Virus record (IMG/VR): IMGVR_UViG_3300001784_000008
DNA length: 64,000 nucleotides
Reading direction: 5' to 3' (one strand)
Source: an uncultured virus (IMG/VR IMGVR_UViG_3300001784_000008)
Lineage: Duplodnaviria; Heunggongvirae; Uroviricota; Caudoviricetes
The notes below the pieces were generated by a model, which did not search any database, was not told where the DNA came from, and saw only the letters and a list, made by a program, of their open reading frames with translations. The position numbers and the translations under genes are program-made. Positions 58,032-64,000 of the stretch are shown one piece after another; within the stretch, counting starts at the first letter, position 1, and each line of letters opens with the position of its first letter.

Positions 58032-58783
58032 GTCTTTCCGCAGATTTTCAGAAGCTTGAACCTGGCGATGTGGTCAGGCTTTTCGCCGTGGATGGCACGG
58101 CATTTGGTACCGGTGAAGTGCTGCGATTTCACAGTTACAGTCTCGCGCATACTGAAGCTGAAATTCTCGCAGCTGGCGGTGATGAAAATAAACTGCCTGC
58201 AAAATCAATCTGGTGGCAGGGTGAGGAGTACAAAGCCTGGCCATGCCAGATTGAGGGGATTGAAGCATCTACCAGTGGAAGCAGCGCGCAGCCAAAATTA
58301 TCGGTGGCTAATCTTGACAGCTCTATCACTGCGCTTTGCCTGGCATACGATGACATGCTACAGGCAAAAGTCAGTATCCACGACACGCTGGCGCAGTATC
58401 TGGATGCCAGAAACTATCCGGAAGGTAATCCCTCAGCTGATCCGACACAGGAAAAACTGAAGGTCTTTTATATCGATGCTAAAGCTACTGAAACGAATGA
58501 GGTGGTTGAGTTCACGCTTTCCAGCCCTATGGATTTGCAGGGGCTTATGATCCCCACGCGGCAACTTCATTCGCTTTGCACCTGGTGTATTCGCAATAAA
58601 TACCGCACCGGCGATGGCTGCGACTATGCGGGTACTCGCTATTTTGACAAAAACAATAATCCGGTGAGCGACCCTTCACTGGATGAATGCAACGGAACAC
58701 TTTCTGCCTGCAAACTGCGTCATGGTGAAGGTAATGAGCTTCCATTCGGAGGCTTCCCCGGAACGTCATTAATCAGGAGCTGA
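58028..58783 (+). CDS. L: Minor tail protein L
   Basis: Close paralogue of 15779-16534. Confidence 0.93.
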   Translation: MSLSADFQKLEPGDVVRLFAVDGTAFGTGEVLRFHSYSLAHTEAEILAAGGDENKLPAKSIWWQGEEYKAWPCQIEGIEASTSGSSAQPKLSVANLDSSITALCLAYDDMLQAKVSIHDTLAQYLDARNYPEGNPSADPTQEKLKVFYIDAKATETNEVVEFTLSSPMDLQGLMIPTRQLHSLCTWCIRNKYRTGDGCDYAGTRYFDKNNNPVSDPSLDECNGTLSACKLRHGEGNELPFGGFPGTSLIRS

Positions 58784-58784
58784 T

Positions 58785-59495
58785 ATGCGTCAGAAAACAA
58801 TTGATGCGATCATGGCGCACGCCGCAGCGGAATATCCTCGCGAGTGCTGCGGCGTGGTGGCGCAGAAAAGCCGGGTCGAGAAATATTTCCCCTGTCGCAA
58901 CCTGTCATCAGAACCGACTGAACACTTTCACCTTTCACCGCAAGATTATGCTGCAGCAGAGGACTGGGGAACGGTGATCGCTATCGTTCACAGTCACCCT
59001 GACGCCACGACGCAACCGAGCGAACTGGACAAAGCGCAATGTGATGCCACGTTGCTGCCTTGGCACATTGTCAGCTGGCCGGAAGGAGACTTGCGCACCA
59101 TTCAGCCGCGTGGAGAACTACCACTACTTGAGCGTCCGTTCGTGCTTGGTCATTTCGACTGCTGGGGGCTGGTTATGAGCTATTTCAGGCAGAACCACGG
59201 TATCGAGTTGAAAGATTACCGGGTCGATTATCCCTGGTGGGAAAACGACTATCCGGACAACTTTTACCAGGATTGCTGGTATGAATGCGGTTTCCGTGAA
59301 TTCGACGGGCCACCGAAACCCGGCGATATGGTGATCATGCAGGTCCAGGCTGATAAGTGGAATCACGCGGGAATTCTGCTGGAGGGTAATATGCTGCTGC
59401 ACCATCTTTATGGACACCTGAGTCAGCGCGTGCCGTATGGTGGCTACTGGCAGGAACGGACGATGAAGATTCTTAGGTATCATAATTTTATTTAA
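58785..59495 (+). CDS. K: Tail assembly protein K
   Basis: Close paralogue of 16536-17246. Confidence 0.93.
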   Translation: MRQKTIDAIMAHAAAEYPRECCGVVAQKSRVEKYFPCRNLSSEPTEHFHLSPQDYAAAEDWGTVIAIVHSHPDATTQPSELDKAQCDATLLPWHIVSWPEGDLRTIQPRGELPLLERPFVLGHFDCWGLVMSYFRQNHGIELKDYRVDYPWWENDYPDNFYQDCWYECGFREFDGPPKPGDMVIMQVQADKWNHAGILLEGNMLLHHLYGHLSQRVPYGGYWQERTMKILRYHNFI

Positions 59496-59542
59496 CAGAC
59501 CGTTACTGTTAATATCGTTCCGTACACAGCAAGGAGAACGAT

Positions 59543-59767
59543 ATGTATACAGTTGGTTTTGGTTGGGTCTTTATAGGTATTTTCATCGGTTTACTTCTCT
59601 GGTTCTTCATCAATCGTGCAAGTGTCAGAGCGAACAGACAGGTTGAATTACTTGAATCCATTGACCAGAAATTATCGAAAATATTAGATCCAAACTTCGA
59701 TATAAATAATAAAGACCAGTCGAAAGAGAATTATCTTGAAGATGCAAGGAAAAAGGCTGGGCTTTAA
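59543..59767 (+). CDS. YebO-like membrane moron
   Basis: TM then WFFINRASVRANRQVELL; terminator 59779-59803. Confidence 0.75.
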   Translation: MYTVGFGWVFIGIFIGLLLWFFINRASVRANRQVELLESIDQKLSKILDPNFDINNKDQSKENYLEDARKKAGL

Positions 59768-59819
59768 GAGCTACTAATAAACCTCGCTACGGCGGGGTTT
59801 TTTATTGCCTGGAGAAAAC

Positions 59820-60398
59820 ATGCAAGAAGTCATGATGCAAATTGAACTCAGCGGAGTTCTTGGTAAAACATTTGGTAAAACTCATCATCGATTAATCAGC
59901 ACTACTCATGAAGCATGTAGAGCCTTAGCTGCGACCATCAATGGTTTTGAACAGTTCATGAACACCAGTAAGCAACGCGGCTTAACCTATGCTATCTTTT
60001 GCGGAAATAAAAATATAGGCGAAGATAATTTAGGGTTTCCTGTTACCGGGGATGTAATTCGAATTGTTCCGGTGATTATCGGGAGTAAAAAGGCTGGTTT
60101 GCTACAGACAATCCTTGGTGCAGTGTTGGTTGTGGTTGGAACTATTACTTCCCCGTATGGTGGTGGCGTATTGATTGCACCTGGGGTTGCCCTTATGGCT
60201 GGTGGTGTTATCCAGATGCTTTCACCGCAGGCTGCCGGACTTTCCAGCAAACAAAGTGCAGATAACCGTGCCTCTTATGCGTTCGGTGGAGTAACCAACA
60301 CTGCTGCACAGGGCTACCCGGTACCGCTTCTTTATGGCCGCAGGCGGATAGGCGGCGCGATTATTTCTGCCGGAATTTATGTCGAAGATCAGCAGTAG
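59820..60398 (+). CDS. I: Tail assembly protein I
   Basis: Paralogue of 17665-18264. Confidence 0.92.
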   Translation: MQEVMMQIELSGVLGKTFGKTHHRLISTTHEACRALAATINGFEQFMNTSKQRGLTYAIFCGNKNIGEDNLGFPVTGDVIRIVPVIIGSKKAGLLQTILGAVLVVVGTITSPYGGGVLIAPGVALMAGGVIQMLSPQAAGLSSKQSADNRASYAFGGVTNTAAQGYPVPLLYGRRRIGGAIISAGIYVEDQQ

Positions 60399-60451
60399 AT
60401 AAAAAACCTTTTTTCAGGCCACCGTCGGGTAGCTTTTTTTATGGGCGCAAT

Positions 60452-63400
60452 ATGGCTACAGAAAAAGTGTTAAAGGGCCGCAAGGGCGGCAGCTCCAGTT
60501 CCCGCACTCCTACCGAACAGCCTGATGATCTGCAATCTGTCGCGAAGGCCAAAATTCTAGTTGCGCTTGGGGAAGGGGAGTTTTCAGGACAGCTAACCGG
60601 CAAAGATATCTACCTTGACGGAACGGCCCTGGAGAACGCTGACGGCTCACAAAACTTCAGCGGCGTGACGTGGGAGTTTCGCGCGGGAACTCAGGCACAA
60701 AAATATATTCAGGGTATTCCCGGTACCGAAAACGAAATCAGCGTGGGAACCGAGGTTTCAAGCGCTACAGCCTGGACGCGCACGTTTACCAATACGCAGC
60801 TTTCAGCGGTTCGTCTGCGCCTGAAATGGCCCTCGCTGTTCAAACAGGAGGATGACGGCGATCTGGTTGGTAATTCTGTCAATTATGCCATTGACATACA
60901 GACTGACGGCGGCACATGGACGACGGTGTTAAACACCAGTGTTACAGGTAAAACCACGTCCGGTTATGAGCGTAGCCACCGAATCTATTTACCTCAGGCT
61001 GGCAGCACCTGGACGATACGCCTGCGCAAGATTACCGCTGATGCAAACAGCGCAAAAATTGGCGACACCATGACGTTGCAGAGCTTCACAGAAGTGATCG
61101 ACGCCAAGTTGCGCTACCCCAATACCGCGCTGTTATACATTGAATTCGACTCCAGTCAGTTTAATGGCTCTATCCCCCAGATTTCCTGCGAGCCGCGTGG
61201 CCGTGTCATTCGTGTGCCTGATGTTTATGATCCTGACACGAGGACTTACAGCGGCACCTGGACCGGGGCGTTTAAGTGGGCGTGGACGGATAACCCGGCA
61301 TGGATTTTTTACGATCTGGTGGTATCTGACCGCTTCGGTCTGGGTGATCGGCTCACAGCAGCAAACATAGATAAGTGGACGCTTTATCAGGTTGCCCAGT
61401 ATTGCGATCAGCAGGTGCCTGACGGCAAAGGTGGCAGTGGTACAGAACCACGCTATACCTGTAACGTTTACATTCAGGAACGGAACGAAGCCTACACCGT
61501 ATTGCGTGATTTTGCTGCTATCTTCCGTGGCATGACGTACTGGGGCGGTGATCAGATTGTGGCCCTGGCTGACATGCCGCGCGATGTTGATTACAGCTAT
61601 ACGCGAGCTAATGTTGTTGATGGTCGCTTCACTTATTCGAGCAGCACGACGAAAACACGCTACACCACAGCCCTGGTGTCATGGTCCGATCCGGGTAATG
61701 CCTACGCCGACGCGATGGAGCCAGTATTTGAGCAGGCACTGGTTGCGCGGTACGGTTTCAATCAGCTGGAAATGACGGCTATCGGATGCACCCGGCAATC
61801 AGAAGCAAACCGAAAAGGCCGCTGGGGCATCCTCACCAACAATAAAGACCGCGTTATTTCGTTCGATGTCGGCCTGGACGGAAATATTCCGCAACCTGGC
61901 TACATCATCGCCGTGGCAGACGAACTGCTGTCAGGAAAGGTTATGGGCGGTCGCATCAGCGCCGTTAACGGTCGCGTTATCAAACTTGACCGCGTGGCAG
62001 ATGCAGCAGCCGGTGATCGCCTTATTCTCAACCTGCCTTCCGGCGCATCACAGAGCCGAACCATTCAGGCAGTGAACGGGGAATCAGTCACAGTCACCAC
62101 GGCATACAGTGAGACGCCACAGGCCGAAGCTGTTTGGGTGGTTGAATCGGACGGGCTCTACGCGCAGCAGTATCGGGTTGTCAGCGTCTCCGATAACGAT
62201 GATGGCACTTTCTCGATTACCGGCGCATGGCATGACCCGGATAAATATGCCCGTATCGATACCGGAGCCATCATTGACCAGCGGCCGGTGAGTGTGATCC
62301 CTCCGGGTAACCAGTCGCCGCCTGCCAACATCGTGATCAGCTCGTTTTCTGTGGTTCAGCAAAATATCAGCGTTGAAACGATGCGCGTGAGCTGGGACCA
62401 GGCGCAGAACGCTATCGCCTATGAAGCTCAGTGGCGACGTAATGACGGGAACTGGGTGAACGTGCCGCGTAGCTCCACCGCATCCTTCGATGTACCTGGG
62501 ATTTATGCTGGTCGATATCTGGTACGCGTCCGCGCCATTAACGCCGCTGAGATTTCCTCAGGGTGGGGCTATTCAGAAGAGAAAACGCTGACAGGTAAAG
62601 TGGGTAATCCACCAAAACCGGTTGGCTTTACTGCATCAGAAAACGTTGTGTTTGGTATCGAGCTGAACTGGGGATTCCCGGCGAACACCGATGACACGCT
62701 GAAGACGGAAATTCAGTACAGCCTGACGGGGACTGAGGGCGATGCGATACTGCTGGCCGATGTGCCTTACCCGCAGCGCAAATATCAGCAGATGGGTCTG
62801 AAGGCAGGGCAGATATTCTGGTACCGCACGCAGCTGGTTGACCGAACCGGTAATGAATCGGGGTATACCGACTTTGTACGGGGGCAGGCCAGCATCGATG
62901 TTTCTGATATCACTGATGCCATCCTGGAGGATATGAAGGGGTCTGAGACATTTAAAGACCTGATCGAGAACGCTGTGGACAGCAATGAAAAAATTGCTGA
63001 TATGGCGGATGACATAAAAAGTCATGCCGATGAGCTGGAGAAGCAGGCACTGGCTATTGCAGATAACGCGCAGAAGACAGGCCAGCTTCAACAGTCTGTT
63101 TCGTCTCTGGACACGAAAGTCGATGGCGTGTCATCCAGTGTAAGCCAACTCTCGCAGTCTGTGGCCACGGCAGACGCTGCGCTTGGTCAGAGGATAGACA
63201 ACATCAGCGTGTCTATGGATGGTATGACGGGAGGCGTGAAGAACTCGGCAATTGCGATTATTCAGAATGGACTGGCACAGGTGACTTCCCGCCGCTCACA
63301 AACCGTGACGAATGCCAGTAACAGCGCCAGTATAGACCGTGTCGATACTACGATTGCTGATGCCAGCCAGGCGGTTGCCAGCGCGCTGGTCACTCTTGAT

Positions 63401-64000
63401 GCGTCTTCCGGTGGCAATATCTCCAATTCCACCAACCTCACTGAAACGTTGGCTGACTTCACCCAGGCGACAGCAACGCAAATAAACTCGCTTAAAGTCA
63501 CGGTAAACGGGCAGTCCGCGGCAATCGTCACGAATGCTCAGGTGTCGGCAGATATCAATAATAACCTGAATGCGATGTACAGCATCAAGGTTGCTGTTGA
63601 TTCTAATGGTAACCAGTACGCGGCAGGGATGGGGATTGGTGTTCAGAATACGCCTGCGGGTATGCAGTCGCAGGTACTCTTCCTGGCTGACCGCTTCGCT
63701 GTGATGACCCAGGCCGGTGGAGCGGTGACTCTGCCGTTTGTTATCCAGAACGGACAGACGTTTATCCGCGACACCTTTATCCAGGATGGGACAATCGCTA
63801 ACGCGAAGATCGGAAGTTACATTCAGTCCTCAACCTGGGATGGCTCGGGGAATGTTGGCTGGCATATCAATAAATCCGGTTATGCCGTTTTCAATAACAT
63901 CACCGTGCGTGGAACTGTATATGCCACTAACGGCAGCTTCAAAGGGTCAGTCGAGGCGACCACTTTTGTCGGTGACATTGCAAACGTCGGGATTGGAAGT
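60452..64000 (+). CDS. J: Host specificity protein J, 3' truncated by window (not in ORF track)
   Basis: ATG GCT ACA GAA AAA GTG TTA AAG GGC CGC AAG GGC GGC; collinear with J at 18315 and in frame at the last codons (VGIGS). Confidence 0.92.
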   Translation, partial: MATEKVLKGRKGGSSSSRTPTEQPDDLQSVAKAKILVALGEGEFSGQLTGKDIYLDGTALENADGSQNFSGVTWEFRAGTQAQKYIQGIPGTENEISVGTEVSSATAWTRTFTNTQLSAVRLRLKWPSLFKQEDDGDLVGNSVNYAIDIQTDGGTWTTVLNTSVTGKTTSGYERSHRIYLPQAGSTWTIRLRKITADANSAKIGDTMTLQSFTEVIDAKLRYPNTALLYIEFDSSQFNGSIPQISCEPRGRVIRVPDVYDPDTRTYSGTWTGAFKWAWTDNPAWIFYDLVVSDRFGLGDRLTAANIDKWTLYQVAQYCDQQVPDGKGGSGTEPRYTCNVYIQERNEAYTVLRDFAAIFRGMTYWGGDQIVALADMPRDVDYSYTRANVVDGRFTYSSSTTKTRYTTALVSWSDPGNAYADAMEPVFEQALVARYGFNQLEMTAIGCTRQSEANRKGRWGILTNNKDRVISFDVGLDGNIPQPGYIIAVADELLSGKVMGGRISAVNGRVIKLDRVADAAAGDRLILNLPSGASQSRTIQAVNGESVTVTTAYSETPQAEAVWVVESDGLYAQQYRVVSVSDNDDGTFSITGAWHDPDKYARIDTGAIIDQRPVSVIPPGNQSPPANIVISSFSVVQQNISVETMRVSWDQAQNAIAYEAQWRRNDGNWVNVPRSSTASFDVPGIYAGRYLVRVRAINAAEISSGWGYSEEKTLTGKVGNPPKPVGFTASENVVFGIELNWGFPANTDDTLKTEIQYSLTGTEGDAILLADVPYPQRKYQQMGLKAGQIFWYRTQLVDRTGNESGYTDFVRGQASIDVSDITDAILEDMKGSETFKDLIENAVDSNEKIADMADDIKSHADELEKQALAIADNAQKTGQLQQSVSSLDTKVDGVSSSVSQLSQSVATADAALGQRIDNISVSMDGMTGGVKNSAIAIIQNGLAQVTSRRSQTVTNASNSASIDRVDTTIADASQAVASALVTLDASSGGNISNSTNLTETLADFTQATATQINSLKVTVNGQSAAIVTNAQVSADINNNLNAMYSIKVAVDSNGNQYAAGMGIGVQNTPAGMQSQVLFLADRFAVMTQAGGAVTLPFVIQNGQTFIRDTFIQDGTIANAKIGSYIQSSTWDGSGNVGWHINKSGYAVFNNITVRGTVYATNGSFKGSVEATTFVGDIANVGIGS

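Larger units (their letters stand above)
28679..64000 (+). mobile_element. Prophage 2 (P27/HK97-type head, lambda-like tail); right end outside window
   Basis: att, int, immunity, replication, Q, lysis, head and tail in order. Confidence 0.92.

Overview
The window is almost entirely prophage DNA from an enterobacterium, in two co-oriented temperate-phage segments. (1) Positions 1 to about 27.2 kb hold the late half of a lambda-like phage: spanins, morons, a lambda-type cos, the full nu1-A-W-B-C-D-E-FI-FII-Z-U-V-G-T-H-M-L-K-I-J order, a side tail fibre followed by silent alternative C-terminal cassettes, a cold-shock cargo block and a broken SRAP gene. (2) A short SOS-linked block (dinI-like, umuD-like, LexA box) leads to an attP-like tRNA-Pro(GGG) remnant at about 28.7 kb. 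From there a second phage runs to the window end: int/xis, early genes, cI/cro, replication, MT-A70 methylase, rusA, Q, lysis, HNH, P27/HK97-type head and a lambda-like tail, with J cut off by the edge. The main unexplained items are a retroviral-type double CCHC zinc-knuckle gene coupled to the spanins in both phages, a two-gene cassette in the rex-like slot behind cI, tail-fibre cassettes joined at a gix-like core, a perfect 104-bp palindrome, and Fur-box-like repeats before the second terminase. Clustered N bases and local indels show draft-quality sequence, so some frameshifts may be errors. All family assignments come from motif recall and synteny, not from database searches.
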